Translations under genes and position numbers: made by a program
The notes under the pieces: model-generated
What the model was told of the DNA's origin: nothing
Seen by the model: the letters and a program-made list of their open reading frames with translations, nothing else
Database searches by the model: none
Shown here: positions 34,849 to 45,566 of the stretch, in pieces
How the letters are laid out: every line of letters begins with the position of its first letter
Numbering within the stretch: the stretch's first letter is position 1
Virus record (IMG/VR): IMGVR_UViG_3300028641_000003
Origin: an uncultured virus (IMG/VR IMGVR_UViG_3300028641_000003)
Taxonomy: Duplodnaviria; Heunggongvirae; Uroviricota; Caudoviricetes
Strand: one strand, 5' to 3'
Length of the DNA stretch: 55,163 nucleotides

Positions 34849-36024
34849 CTATTCAATATATATTGGAAAAAGGTTTAGAAGCTCTGTTTTTGATAATTGA
34901 GTATTCCCCGTGATATGCTTGATTGCTTTTAAATTTTTTGGCGATGATAATTGCTTTAGAAGCCACTGAAGTGATAAACGACACTTATCACCGCATGTTA
35001 TTACATTAACATGATTTTCAGTAACGTATTTAATATCGCTCACCAGACAACATCGTAATTTTGCATTCTTCCCGCAGCCAGTTATTCTATTAACCACTAT
35101 ACAAGGCGAAGTATTAAAGGAATTAACTTTTATGTATTGTTTTCTTTTAGTATTATTGTTTAAAGTTAACTTATCTTGTATATTGTGTGCCCAAATTAAG
35201 GTTACATCGGAAGCGTCGTCGGACAGAATATTCTTATTTTGATTCCACACCACATTTCCGGTAGCAACTTCAAACCCAGCATCTTTTAACGATATTGCAC
35301 CTTCATATAATTTTTCAATTTCTTTTACATCTTCAGTGAAGATGGTTATGCCATTGCGCTTGAACACATATCTTCCACTGTTAGTCGTCTTTTTGAGTAT
35401 TAGTATTTGTACTGTTTGTGATGCGTCGTCAAATTCATTTGGATTTAAGACTTTAAGAAAGACAATATCACACGTCTTTACAATATATTCCCTCAATTTC
35501 CTAAAGTAAGACCCATTGTTCATCGAAGGAGGAACTACAAGGGCAATATATCCTTCCTTTTTTGTTACATCAATTGATTTTTTTATGAAAAGGGAATATA
35601 TATTCACTCTTCCGCATATGACATCTTTGAATTTTTCTCTGGTGGTTTTATCTGGAGTGAATTCAAAATATGGGGGATTTCCTATAGTATAGTCAAAATA
35701 TTCTTTCTTGTCCAACAAAAGAGAATTGATACATTCGCTTTCTTTTATGTTTTTATATGTTTCTTTACATATATTAACCATGTTATTATCAGTGTCATAA
35801 GCGTATATTTCGGGGGTGTTGAACGCAGTTTGAAATGATAATATAAATTCTCCCGTTCCGCAATTTAACTCACATACTTTGTAGTTAATATGTGTTTTAT
35901 CTATGGGGAGGTTATCGAATAATATATCTCTTACGTATTTCTTGGTGAAATATTGTCCCATCTTTTTTCTATAGGCAATATCAACTGATTTCAAATACTC
36001 AGATGTTTCTTTGGTATAATCCAT
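34849..36024 (-). CDS. N6-adenine DNA methyltransferase (gamma class, Eco57I/TaqI-like)
   Basis: GQYFT, ELNCGTGEF, IGNPPY, ENHVN. Confidence 0.88.
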   Translation of the reverse strand: MDYTKETSEYLKSVDIAYRKKMGQYFTKKYVRDILFDNLPIDKTHINYKVCELNCGTGEFILSFQTAFNTPEIYAYDTDNNMVNICKETYKNIKESECINSLLLDKKEYFDYTIGNPPYFEFTPDKTTREKFKDVICGRVNIYSLFIKKSIDVTKKEGYIALVVPPSMNNGSYFRKLREYIVKTCDIVFLKVLNPNEFDDASQTVQILILKKTTNSGRYVFKRNGITIFTEDVKEIEKLYEGAISLKDAGFEVATGNVVWNQNKNILSDDASDVTLIWAHNIQDKLTLNNNTKRKQYIKVNSFNTSPCIVVNRITGCGKNAKLRCCLVSDIKYVTENHVNVITCGDKCRLSLQWLLKQLSSPKNLKAIKHITGNTQLSKTELLNLFPIYIE

Positions 36025-36061
36025 GATGTTATTATATGACATGGATTGTATAAAACAACCA

Positions 36062-37189
36062 TTAATTAAATATATCGGCATTTCCTATTATATTTAACTT
36101 CGGTGTCCCTGCTTTAGAGCTTGTGACTCCCCAGCCGCCTCTTATTGGTATGTCTATTTTTGATCCAAGCTTATTTACTATGATGATTGAAAATCCAGAT
36201 TCTTTTTCTTTATGCTCTGCCGAAATATATACTCCCTCTCTTATTTTATTTAAAAGTTCTTTAAAATTCTCGCTACTGTTGGAACTATATAATTTGACAT
36301 TATTTGCTTTACCAACGGCTACATATATATTTTCTGTTTTGTCAAAATTAAATCCACAAACATCAAGGAAATTTTTTATAAAAGTTTGATCTTTTCCGTG
36401 CTTATTTATTATATTTGCCATTAAGTTAGATATTGCTTGTCGATATGTGTCTATATCATTTTCGTTGTTTTGTTTCTTAGCTTCTGCTGCTAATTTTAAA
36501 TATTTAAGTAGATCTAAAAAAAATGGATCATCTCCCATTTTTTGTTTAACTAACTCTAGCCATTCTCTCCGATTTTTCCCTTTATAATCAACAAATAGCT
36601 TTAAAAATGCCGTGCCCGTGGAGCTATAAGGTGTAAATGTTTTTGATGCCATAGATTTAAGAGAGTACTCTAATGTTTTTATAACATCCTCTCTATATTT
36701 TTTCTTAACACTTATAGTTATGTCTGCTCTAACTCCGGGTTTTCCTGTTCTCTGAACTTCAATATGTGATATAAAAAGAAAATCTTCTATTTTTCTCATT
36801 TCATCGAATATAGCCTCTGCTATTAGAGATGCGGATTCTTCTCCGCGTATAATATCTGTTTCGGATATTCCTTTGTTTTTTACTTTTTGAATGACAGAAT
36901 CGTTTACGTTTGTTGTTACATTAATATGATTAATTTTTCCGTCTATAAATTTATTGACTATCTTAAATACCGAGAGGACTTCAACATATTCTCCGTATGT
37001 ATATGAGTCCCCATGTCCCTCAGTTAGAGTTTTTGGTATATGTATTACTATTTTCTTATTCCACCCAAATGGAATATTTTTTAAATTTTTGGTAAATTTT
37101 CTGAAGTATTCTTTTATTTTATCAATATTACGATCTATATGGAGTTCCCCCAATAAAATCGCTTCCATTATCCTTCTAACTTCATTCAT
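36062..37189 (-). CDS. Hypothetical protein
   Basis: 375 aa; possible AD...YSLK nuclease-like motif. Confidence 0.65.
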   Translation of the reverse strand: MNEVRRIMEAILLGELHIDRNIDKIKEYFRKFTKNLKNIPFGWNKKIVIHIPKTLTEGHGDSYTYGEYVEVLSVFKIVNKFIDGKINHINVTTNVNDSVIQKVKNKGISETDIIRGEESASLIAEAIFDEMRKIEDFLFISHIEVQRTGKPGVRADITISVKKKYREDVIKTLEYSLKSMASKTFTPYSSTGTAFLKLFVDYKGKNRREWLELVKQKMGDDPFFLDLLKYLKLAAEAKKQNNENDIDTYRQAISNLMANIINKHGKDQTFIKNFLDVCGFNFDKTENIYVAVGKANNVKLYSSNSSENFKELLNKIREGVYISAEHKEKESGFSIIIVNKLGSKIDIPIRGGWGVTSSKAGTPKLNIIGNADIFN

Positions 37190-38457
37190 GCTAAATCCCC
37201 TATATCAATCGTAAGTAACTGGGTCTTTCTTTGCGTCTTAATATTATACTCAAGTCGAGGAACAACTCTAAAGATAAGCTTCTTGGAGCCATCAATATTT
37301 ATGCCGATAAAGTTTACAATGCCGTTTGGTTCTGATTCTACCTTTACAACATACTCATACTTCATATTCTCAATGTCAGCCTTCTTAATCTCTTTTATGT
37401 CGCTGTCGGTTACGTGTATATATTCTGCTATATCGGTTCCGAATATCTCTCGCTGAATAAAGTCAAAAGTCTTAGACGCAAAAAGACGAGCATGTGGATC
37501 TGTTGTAAACACATCGCTATCAATGCCTTTGATATCACGGGTGAAGGCTACTATAAATTTCTTAAGAAGTGTCTTCAGGTGTGTAAGCTCAGCCGTCATT
37601 TGCTGAACTCTTCTTTCTGACCCACCACCTTCAAACTCATCGTCTTTCTTACTTAGGAACGAATCCTGAATAAGTAGATACTTTCTTAGGTACGATATAA
37701 AGTGTTCTTCATCTGCCCACTTGTCAGGATGCTCGTAGACAAGCTTTTGAGTATCTTTATACTTTCCTGTAAACTCAGTGTCTTTATTGATGTCGCTTAC
37801 GAAATCAAGGTCGTAATGCTGTCCCATCTTTAGTATTCCACCGAAGATACTAAGGTTGCTTACGGTCTTGGTATCTGTGCCGGTTTTCAGAGAAAACGAT
37901 AGAGTCCCTTTTATTTCCTGTGGAATGCTCGTCTTGGTTCTTGCGTGGATGTCAAGTTTTACATCACCCTTGATCAAGCCGCCTTTGGTTGCAGATGCTT
38001 CGCTACCATCAGCGATTACAACGAACTCTATATCATCTGGCTTGTTGTTGGTCAATATATCAACAATGAAGCTTTGGATTTTCTTTATGGTTGATAGATT
38101 GGGAACTTTGTTTACGACTGACGCAACCAATGCATCCACTTTTGTATTTGGCTCCAAGTCATCGCCAAACATGCCACCGACATTCTTGGGGCGTAGGTTT
38201 ATTTCGACGCTGACTGTAATCTTGTCTTCGGGATCTGCCTGTATGCCAATCAAGTTTGCGTTGTTGGCTGTATTAGACTGAATCGAAACTTTCCCTTTGC
38301 CACCTTTGAAGTTGGGTGAGGATCTTATGCTGTTAATAGTGTCTGTATCCAACTTACCGTTGGCTATATATGCCCCAACCGCTATAGCAAATATTCCCTC
38401 CATGGTTTCGCCCATGTTGAGTGCTTCATTGAGGACACAGAATGACGAAAAACTCAT
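37186..38457 (-). CDS. Hypothetical protein
   Basis: 423 aa; G...EG, KGDV...FSLK motif. Confidence 0.65.
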   Translation of the reverse strand: MSFSSFCVLNEALNMGETMEGIFAIAVGAYIANGKLDTDTINSIRSSPNFKGGKGKVSIQSNTANNANLIGIQADPEDKITVSVEINLRPKNVGGMFGDDLEPNTKVDALVASVVNKVPNLSTIKKIQSFIVDILTNNKPDDIEFVVIADGSEASATKGGLIKGDVKLDIHARTKTSIPQEIKGTLSFSLKTGTDTKTVSNLSIFGGILKMGQHYDLDFVSDINKDTEFTGKYKDTQKLVYEHPDKWADEEHFISYLRKYLLIQDSFLSKKDDEFEGGGSERRVQQMTAELTHLKTLLKKFIVAFTRDIKGIDSDVFTTDPHARLFASKTFDFIQREIFGTDIAEYIHVTDSDIKEIKKADIENMKYEYVVKVESEPNGIVNFIGINIDGSKKLIFRVVPRLEYNIKTQRKTQLLTIDIGDLA

Positions 38458-38634
38458 TTATTTCCTTCCGCAGCCGCAGCCGCCTTTTTTCTTAGCTGGG
38501 GTGTTTGGTTTTGGTAATGGGACTGGTGGTGTATTGTTTGGTTTCGCTACTTGCTTTTTAGCAGGCGTTGCTTCTTTGGGTTTGTTATCAGATGTAGGTA
38601 ACGGGCGTCCGTTAATATATCTTTTTATAATCAT
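38458..38634 (-). CDS. 58-aa Pro/Lys-rich protein ending KKKGGCGCGRK
   Basis: Fills the gap exactly (ATGA overlap upstream, TAA abutting the next ATG). Confidence 0.7.
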   Translation of the reverse strand: MIIKRYINGRPLPTSDNKPKEATPAKKQVAKPNNTPPVPLPKPNTPAKKKGGCGCGRK

Positions 38635-41600
38635 TGGGCTTGTTGATTTCCTATGGCTTTTATTATTTTATCATCGTATGGATTATCTTTAACACGATTA
38701 ATCCAATTGTTTATCGTTCTTGCAGATAGCTTGGTTTTGTCCTTTATTTCTTTTATGTCTATCTTCTTCTTTACAGTTAGGTAGAGGCGCGATAAACTGT
38801 CTAAAGCATCGTTGATGGTTTCTTCAGCTAAGAAATAAGAATCCATTTCTCCTGTTGCAGTTATTTCCTTGAGCTTCGTGACTCTATCTGCTGGCATATG
38901 GAGGGGCGAAGCAATATTACCCTTTAGTTCTATGAGGTTATTCTTTATTACTTCGTCTTGATCGCCACTATCAACCATTTCACTTAAATATGGATATGTT
39001 GTCTCCCCCGAACCTAAGAGATATTTCTTTATTGCGGTAACGATATTTTTCTCGCTTTCGGCATACTTTGGGTCTTTGGAATTTGTTGCCGACTGAATAA
39101 GCGTATCATAGTTTGGTATTGTCTTTTTCAACTCGGCAATAAACTTCGAATCTATTCTTCCGGTAGACTTTTTCCACTTATCCAACGCCTGTTTCAGTTG
39201 CTTAGCGTCAGAGTTCTTCTTGAGGTCTTCAATATTTCTCTTTTCACGAGCGGCTTTTATTAGATCATCTGGGTTCTTACCAGCAGCCTTTGCTTTGTTG
39301 ACTATTTCATTGTATGTTCTTTCCATAGTCTTTTCACTTTGCTGTAACTTACGGAAAGAAGACTTCAACTCTTTATTCATCTCATCGGCGTTAGATTGTC
39401 CCTTTTTAACTAAATCATTAATCTTATCCAACCCTCTCGCAATACCACCATTAAAGGCAGATAATACGCTTCCTGCTTTTTCATTTTCTTTTGAAACTAC
39501 CCACGCTACCATTGATAATGCGGTTTTGAAAATAGTGCTAAGGTCAGATATTACATCGGGATTACCCATCATAGAAGCATATGGTTCTGGTTTCTTATTT
39601 TCCGGAAGTTCCTCTGTGGGATTAATTTCTTTTGTCTCAACATCAACTGGTTTATCTTTATCAGGCAATTTTGTTGCTTCTGATTTCAAATACTTTAGGG
39701 CTTCAATGACATCCTTCTTCTTACTGGGATCCTTCTTTATCATATCATCAATGCTTTGGATTATCTTTTGTAGTTCTATATCACTTGCTTGAAGTTCATT
39801 AATAACTTTGAATACTTTTTCATTGAAGGTTTTTCTCATCAAAGTGTTATATTTTTTGGAGTTAAATTCTGCTTGCGAAGCAGAAACAGAAGTTATCTCG
39901 TCTTTTGCTTGGTCAAGAATATGCTGTATAGCCCCATCAGTATCGGGGGTATGCTTAAATTGATTATTTTCCGCTTCTATATCTTGCTGAATACTCTTTA
40001 AATCCAGGGGTTCCTTATTCTGTGCTTTCTTAAGAATTATTTTCTTAATCATATCAGCGGTCCCACCATCAATATTTGTAACTTTAATAGAATTGAGTTT
40101 ATCTTCTAGCTTCTTATTTTGTTCCTGTTTATTCTTCTCAGGATCAACCGCATCCCCAGCGGTTCCTTGGGGAACAGGAGTGTCATTTTTATCGGACTGC
40201 GGCGAATCGCTGCCAAGTTTCTTAATAATATCATCTATGTTTTCAGGAGATAACTTTCTTTCTTTATCTATGGCGTCTGCTAAGGCAATAACTTCGGGAG
40301 TAAATTCCTGCTTTGGTTCTTCTTGTTTTGGATTTTCTGGCTTAGGTGGCTCTGCTGGTTTATTGGTGTCTGCTGGTGGATTAGCTGGAGCAGGTTCGGC
40401 TTCTACAAGTTTACATGAAAACTTGGATCTTACCAGCGACTCAACAGCTTCTTTCTTGTCGATATTGAGCTTATTATAGATGTCATTATACATTTCTATT
40501 ACCTCATTGTCTTTAAGAGCATGTGGAGGACATACATTTGCCACCCATGTTTGGAAATCTGTTGTCTTAGCCGATTCTCTGGCGGCGGTTCCGCTCATAA
40601 CTCTTGGAGTCTGGATGAACGCAACTGCCGAAGTTCCTCTGTCATTTACTTTGAGTGGCAAAGAAGCATGGTCCTGAACCCATAGGTTGGCATTGAATCT
40701 AGCTACATCTTTCTTATAGTCTTCTATTCTGTCTTCACCGGCGAGCCAGCCCGCGACATACATCTTGAGAGGCTCTATTCTTGCCCATATGGCTGATGAT
40801 GTTGAGGTTGGCAACGGAACTGGAGCCACTGATACGGCTGGATCATTCTTATATATTGCCTGAATAAGTTGCTTCTGTTCTGCTTCATTGAGTGGGTTGT
40901 CTTCTTTATTCTTGGATGTCTCTCCGCCCTTGACGATGAAGATAAGAACCTTTTCAGCGCCAACTTCTTTGAGTTTGTCCTTAGCAAGTTGAATCATAGC
41001 GTCATGACCACGGTGCCAAGGCTGCGCTCTACCATTCCAGAGTATTACTGGTGTCTGACCTTCGTAATACTTACTGAAGTCGGTTGTTGGTTTGTTCATG
41101 TGAGCAGCGGCGTAAGTGTTCAAGCGTCTTTCCAAGAAGAACTTGAGAATGTAAATCTGGAATATTTCTGGTGGTATGTCTGTTTGAATAGCTTCTTCAA
41201 TCTTTTGGAACTTGTCAATGACAATTTCAATAGCTTTGGTTGTCTTACGGCGGGTGTCTGGATCCAGTGACTTTGCATTTGCTTTGAAAGCATCTATAAT
41301 CTTTGTAAGTTCTTCCGTGGCACTCTCAAATACAGCATTTACTTTCTGCTTGGTTTCCTCTGGAGAAGACATTGCCCCAGCGTCTTTGAGTGACTCGTAT
41401 AACTTGAAGAGAAACTGAAGTTCCTTCTTCTCAGCGTCTTTTTCGTCACTGGTGAACGACTGAGCGAGCTTCTTAATAGCATTATTCAGAGCGGCTGGCT
41501 GGGCTGTACTCAGCCCAAGAGCATCCTTCAAGAATCTTCCATCGGTTACTTCTTCTAACGACCCAAGATCCATACGAGTTGCCCAAGTCTGCTTCTTGAG

Positions 41601-42521
41601 TTCATCAAATGCCTTGGAGGTTCCTTTGACTTCGAAGATGCTGCCATCAGCTTGCTTGAGACGAAGAACAACGCCTTCTATGGGTGACTTTTCGCCAGCC
41701 TTGGAGAATATAGATGAAGTCTTCTCCGCATAGGCATCAAGAACACTCTGTAGTTTATCTTTGGCGTCACGAATGGCGTTCTTCAAGTGAGCCTTCATGG
41801 TGGTATTGCCACGGGACTTGAGAACTGTGAGAGCCTCGTCAATTCCTTCTTCAGTTGACAGCATCTCATCAAGGTTATCAATCTTGAATTCTATATTTCC
41901 AGATAGCTTCGCGTGCTTTTCGTTGGTGTAAATTCTCCAATCAGCGGAATCTGCTGTTTCTATGGCAGCTATAAGCTTATGGTTGGTCTTTGGATCTGGG
42001 CGCTTCCATTGAGCGTTTTCGTCTTTTATCCATGACTTGAATACAACGAACGCTCCGTTCTTACCAAATTTGTTCTTGTCGTAGCGAGTAGCTACAAAGG
42101 TTATATAACCAGTATCGTCGCCAGTGTGGGTCAATACAGGGAATATTTCGGCATCGTAACGGATGGGACCAAACTTGGCTGATATCTTCTTGAGGGCATT
42201 CTGAAGTATAGTGTTCCCAAGGAGAGACTCAAAGCTTGCCTTAAAGTCCCCGAAGAAGTACTCATTGGAAAACTTCTGTCTGTAATTATCTACAGTGACT
42301 TCTCCCGAGTTCGATGTCTCTATGAAAAATGTCCCATGGTCGTTTATTCCGAAATGACAGAACGCAGAATCCATCTTCTCAACGACATCAATGTTCTTGA
42401 CTTTACTGAGGTCTATCTTTCCCGCCTTTACATAAGGTAATAGTTCTTTGAAAATTTCAAGGAACTCAACATCAGAGTATTCACTCTTTCCTGAAAATCT
42501 GCCTATTCCCTCACGTGGCAT
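38631..42521 (-). CDS. Ligase-fold domain + cytidylyltransferase-like domain + long helical C-terminus
   Basis: EKMDS/EGVVLR/EVK ligase-like motifs; GRAQPWHRGH, NPL, GEDR, MSGTAAR HIGH-type NTase. Confidence 0.75.
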   Translation of the reverse strand: MPREGIGRFSGKSEYSDVEFLEIFKELLPYVKAGKIDLSKVKNIDVVEKMDSAFCHFGINDHGTFFIETSNSGEVTVDNYRQKFSNEYFFGDFKASFESLLGNTILQNALKKISAKFGPIRYDAEIFPVLTHTGDDTGYITFVATRYDKNKFGKNGAFVVFKSWIKDENAQWKRPDPKTNHKLIAAIETADSADWRIYTNEKHAKLSGNIEFKIDNLDEMLSTEEGIDEALTVLKSRGNTTMKAHLKNAIRDAKDKLQSVLDAYAEKTSSIFSKAGEKSPIEGVVLRLKQADGSIFEVKGTSKAFDELKKQTWATRMDLGSLEEVTDGRFLKDALGLSTAQPAALNNAIKKLAQSFTSDEKDAEKKELQFLFKLYESLKDAGAMSSPEETKQKVNAVFESATEELTKIIDAFKANAKSLDPDTRRKTTKAIEIVIDKFQKIEEAIQTDIPPEIFQIYILKFFLERRLNTYAAAHMNKPTTDFSKYYEGQTPVILWNGRAQPWHRGHDAMIQLAKDKLKEVGAEKVLIFIVKGGETSKNKEDNPLNEAEQKQLIQAIYKNDPAVSVAPVPLPTSTSSAIWARIEPLKMYVAGWLAGEDRIEDYKKDVARFNANLWVQDHASLPLKVNDRGTSAVAFIQTPRVMSGTAARESAKTTDFQTWVANVCPPHALKDNEVIEMYNDIYNKLNIDKKEAVESLVRSKFSCKLVEAEPAPANPPADTNKPAEPPKPENPKQEEPKQEFTPEVIALADAIDKERKLSPENIDDIIKKLGSDSPQSDKNDTPVPQGTAGDAVDPEKNKQEQNKKLEDKLNSIKVTNIDGGTADMIKKIILKKAQNKEPLDLKSIQQDIEAENNQFKHTPDTDGAIQHILDQAKDEITSVSASQAEFNSKKYNTLMRKTFNEKVFKVINELQASDIELQKIIQSIDDMIKKDPSKKKDVIEALKYLKSEATKLPDKDKPVDVETKEINPTEELPENKKPEPYASMMGNPDVISDLSTIFKTALSMVAWVVSKENEKAGSVLSAFNGGIARGLDKINDLVKKGQSNADEMNKELKSSFRKLQQSEKTMERTYNEIVNKAKAAGKNPDDLIKAAREKRNIEDLKKNSDAKQLKQALDKWKKSTGRIDSKFIAELKKTIPNYDTLIQSATNSKDPKYAESEKNIVTAIKKYLLGSGETTYPYLSEMVDSGDQDEVIKNNLIELKGNIASPLHMPADRVTKLKEITATGEMDSYFLAEETINDALDSLSRLYLTVKKKIDIKEIKDKTKLSARTINNWINRVKDNPYDDKIIKAIGNQQAQ

Positions 42522-42522
42522 A

Positions 42523-43983
42523 TTATTCTCCCTTCCATTCTACGCCAAGTATTTCAGAGATTGTCTTCATGCCAGTGTTGTAGTCTTCAATATCAATAGT
42601 TCCCTTCTGCTGATCCATCATACGACTGAAGCTTTCCCATATTGCGGGAATCTTGTCGGGCATGGTTTCTTTTACTTTCTCTGCAATCTTTACTGCCGAT
42701 GTAAGTTCGTCTTCAGTTGCGCCGGGAATGATAAATGACGCGAGCTTATTGATGTCTGAGAAATCGACAAGGGGCTTCTCATTCAGTTTTATGGTCTTGC
42801 GGGTCTTGACGCCTTCCTTGAACAAATCAATGACTACATATACCCCACCCTTGCCCAACTGGAATCTTCCCGGCTCAAGCGATGTATCACCATGTCTGCC
42901 AGGAACCCATCCCTTCTTAGCCAGAGTCAGATACTCTTCGTTCTTCTTAAGAGCATCTTTGACCATCTTCTTTTCATTCTCGGTCAGTTCTCTTTCCCCC
43001 AACACCGCACGCATAAGCCACTTCTGAAGTGCCCCCTTGACGCCACGAGAAAGGTCAACAAACGAGCTTGACTGCATAAAGCTTACTTCACCCGCGTCCG
43101 CACCGCCGCCTTTTACGAGGTCAATCTGAATGGTCTTTCCATCTTCCCATACATAAGCCATGAGAATCTCTTCGGCTGATATCTTCGACTTGCGATATGC
43201 TACCTTGGTTGGATACTTCTGCGAGAGGTATTCACCAATTTGTCGAAGCTCAACGCCTTCCTTGGGAACTATATCAATGTCCAAGTCGCCATATGACTTC
43301 TTTGCTTGTGTGGCTTTTGCCATTATTTGTGGATCTTCTGACTTAAGAAGCTTTACTTCTCTACCAGAGACATATGCGGCGAGACGAGTTGAACCAAGCC
43401 CGAAAGTTGTCTTGTATGATGGATCTAAGAACGGAGATATCTCTTTGAGAAGAGGTTCAACAATTTCATTGAAGACGGCTTTTATTTGATCAGAAGGTAT
43501 TCTGATGTAATGAACATTGGTTGCTCCAGCGGCTTCGAGCTTCTGGATAAGCTCATTCTTCACTGCATTGCCACCTTCTAATAAAACAGATTCCTTAAGC
43601 TTTTTATGAGAGTCAAGATTTTTAATTGCTCTCTTCCATGTTATGTTTCCATTTTTATGAAGGAATCTACTTGTCTTAACAAGTTTCTTAGTCTTAAGAT
43701 TGACGGGTAGCAGTTCCTCGTTCGCCCCCCTAAAAAGACCATAGCGAGCGCCATTTTTTCCATGAAGAATATATGTTGGTCCAAACTTACCGGATTCCTT
43801 GACCTTTTCGTAATGATACTTTCTCTTACCAACTTGGACGCACTTCATTCCTTCACGTGCTGGTTTTCTCCAACGCTCAACGAGAGCTTCTGGTTGAGAA
43901 AGCCATACTTGTATGTCTGACTCAAGTCTGCTCTCAAGAAGCTGTTCTGTTGTTTTAGTGATATTAAAAAATCTCATGGTCAT
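42523..43983 (-). CDS. Pol-beta superfamily nucleotidyltransferase
   Basis: LEGGNA, LGST...SYGDLDI, IQIDL. Confidence 0.75.
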   Translation of the reverse strand: MTMRFFNITKTTEQLLESRLESDIQVWLSQPEALVERWRKPAREGMKCVQVGKRKYHYEKVKESGKFGPTYILHGKNGARYGLFRGANEELLPVNLKTKKLVKTSRFLHKNGNITWKRAIKNLDSHKKLKESVLLEGGNAVKNELIQKLEAAGATNVHYIRIPSDQIKAVFNEIVEPLLKEISPFLDPSYKTTFGLGSTRLAAYVSGREVKLLKSEDPQIMAKATQAKKSYGDLDIDIVPKEGVELRQIGEYLSQKYPTKVAYRKSKISAEEILMAYVWEDGKTIQIDLVKGGGADAGEVSFMQSSSFVDLSRGVKGALQKWLMRAVLGERELTENEKKMVKDALKKNEEYLTLAKKGWVPGRHGDTSLEPGRFQLGKGGVYVVIDLFKEGVKTRKTIKLNEKPLVDFSDINKLASFIIPGATEDELTSAVKIAEKVKETMPDKIPAIWESFSRMMDQQKGTIDIEDYNTGMKTISEILGVEWKGE

Positions 43984-44044
43984 AGCATAGCTCCATAAAC
44001 TATGCCTTTATTTATATTAATATCTATTTCTGTCCGTGTAATAG

Positions 44045-44716
44045 CTAATTGTTTATATTTCCGTATTTTCTAACTTTATTTAGGTAGTTTCTGGCATTGG
44101 AATCCAGCGATCCCCAAGGACCAGCATTATACATCATCACGGTCGTGTTCCAATTTTTATTACCTCTTCCGTTGTATATATACACAAGATACATACAAGC
44201 TACTTCTTCATTAAGCTTTGTATCATTTTGCATTTCTTCGTATCTGCGACCACGTAGAGAATCTGGGTATTTTTGCTTCATGTGATTGAAGGCTATTCGC
44301 AAAATTTGAAAAGGACCAATAGCACCCTTTTTGTTATTATTGCCTCCCCTTTTTTTACTAACATACTTTATAGAACCGTCTTCGTTATATGAAGATGAGG
44401 ATTCTGTCATAAGCTGCCCACGTCTAATCCACAGAGGAACTTTATCTTTAAAGCTATCGTTGTGTTGTTCTATGGCTGCCTGTTTTACCCATTGCGGCGT
44501 ATTTGGGTTGTCTATTTGCAGAATATCGTAATAAAAATCGGGGACATCTAAGTTGTTTCGTATCCTGAAATTATAAGCGTCTTTGATGAAATCGCTATAT
44601 GAGTGTTCTAATACCACATAAGTATAACTATCAGTATTCTTAATTCCGTTGTTTGTAAATGACGCTACCATCAAGAGTAATGGAAGAATTGCTATGTTAA
44701 AAAACAGTTTTTTCAT
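44045..44716 (-). CDS. Lytic transglycosylase (SLT-like) with signal peptide
   Basis: TESS, GAIGPFQI, YNAGP. Confidence 0.82.
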   Translation of the reverse strand: MKKLFFNIAILPLLLMVASFTNNGIKNTDSYTYVVLEHSYSDFIKDAYNFRIRNNLDVPDFYYDILQIDNPNTPQWVKQAAIEQHNDSFKDKVPLWIRRGQLMTESSSSYNEDGSIKYVSKKRGGNNNKKGAIGPFQILRIAFNHMKQKYPDSLRGRRYEEMQNDTKLNEEVACMYLVYIYNGRGNKNWNTTVMMYNAGPWGSLDSNARNYLNKVRKYGNINN

Positions 44717-44837
44717 ATTTAGGTTTCTATATTGAATTAAGTTATATTTTATGTTATAATAAAGTTTATGACAATGTTATGTATCGTGAATAGGTATTTA
44801 TCATATATGTTGGTAAAATAAAGTCAAGGGGTAAATT

Positions 44838-45566
44838 ATGAAGATAGGAATAGGGATTATTTCATACAAAAGACCCGAAGAATGTCTATCTGTTTGTCAA
44901 GGGGTTTTGAGTACAATTGATAAATCTGTACATAACTATAAGCTAATATGCAGTATTGATCAGGAAGATATCTCAGAATACAAGGAAGTGTTGAAGATTT
45001 TCCCTGTTGTAAATGGTAAGAACGGCGGAGTTGCAGTAAATAAAAATAGAGCATTGTGGAATTTGAGGGATTGTGATGTTATATTTTTACTTGAAGATGA
45101 TTTTAAACCAATATATACTGGATGGGTTGAGTTATACTTAACAGCGTTGAAAGAATCTGGTATGAGACATCTTAATCATATTAGATTGGACCATAGGGAT
45201 TTATTGTATAAGGTTATTAGATTGCCATCTGTTACTTTAGGTATATACCAAAGAAACACAGCGCAACTTATGGTGATGACAAAAGAAGTTATTGAGAAGA
45301 TAGGAGCTTTTGATATTAGCTATGGAAAGTTTGGATATGAGCATAGTGACTACACAAGAAGGTGTAAGTTGGCTGGACTTTGCTCACCGGCAAATCACGA
45401 TGCCCATCCATTTGTGATTGAATCCGACATATACTTTAAAGACCTTGGAACTGCGCCATGTTTCAGTGAAGAAGAAAGAAAGAAATATTCCGAAGAAGCT
45501 AATAAAATATATATGAAATTTGATCCCAATAAAATATACATACCATTCACAAAGGAGATATTATGA
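44838..45566 (+). CDS. Glycosyltransferase family 2
   Basis: IGIISYKR, GVAVNKN, LLEDD, FGYEHSDY. Confidence 0.85.
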   Translation: MKIGIGIISYKRPEECLSVCQGVLSTIDKSVHNYKLICSIDQEDISEYKEVLKIFPVVNGKNGGVAVNKNRALWNLRDCDVIFLLEDDFKPIYTGWVELYLTALKESGMRHLNHIRLDHRDLLYKVIRLPSVTLGIYQRNTAQLMVMTKEVIEKIGAFDISYGKFGYEHSDYTRRCKLAGLCSPANHDAHPFVIESDIYFKDLGTAPCFSEEERKKYSEEANKIYMKFDPNKIYIPFTKEIL

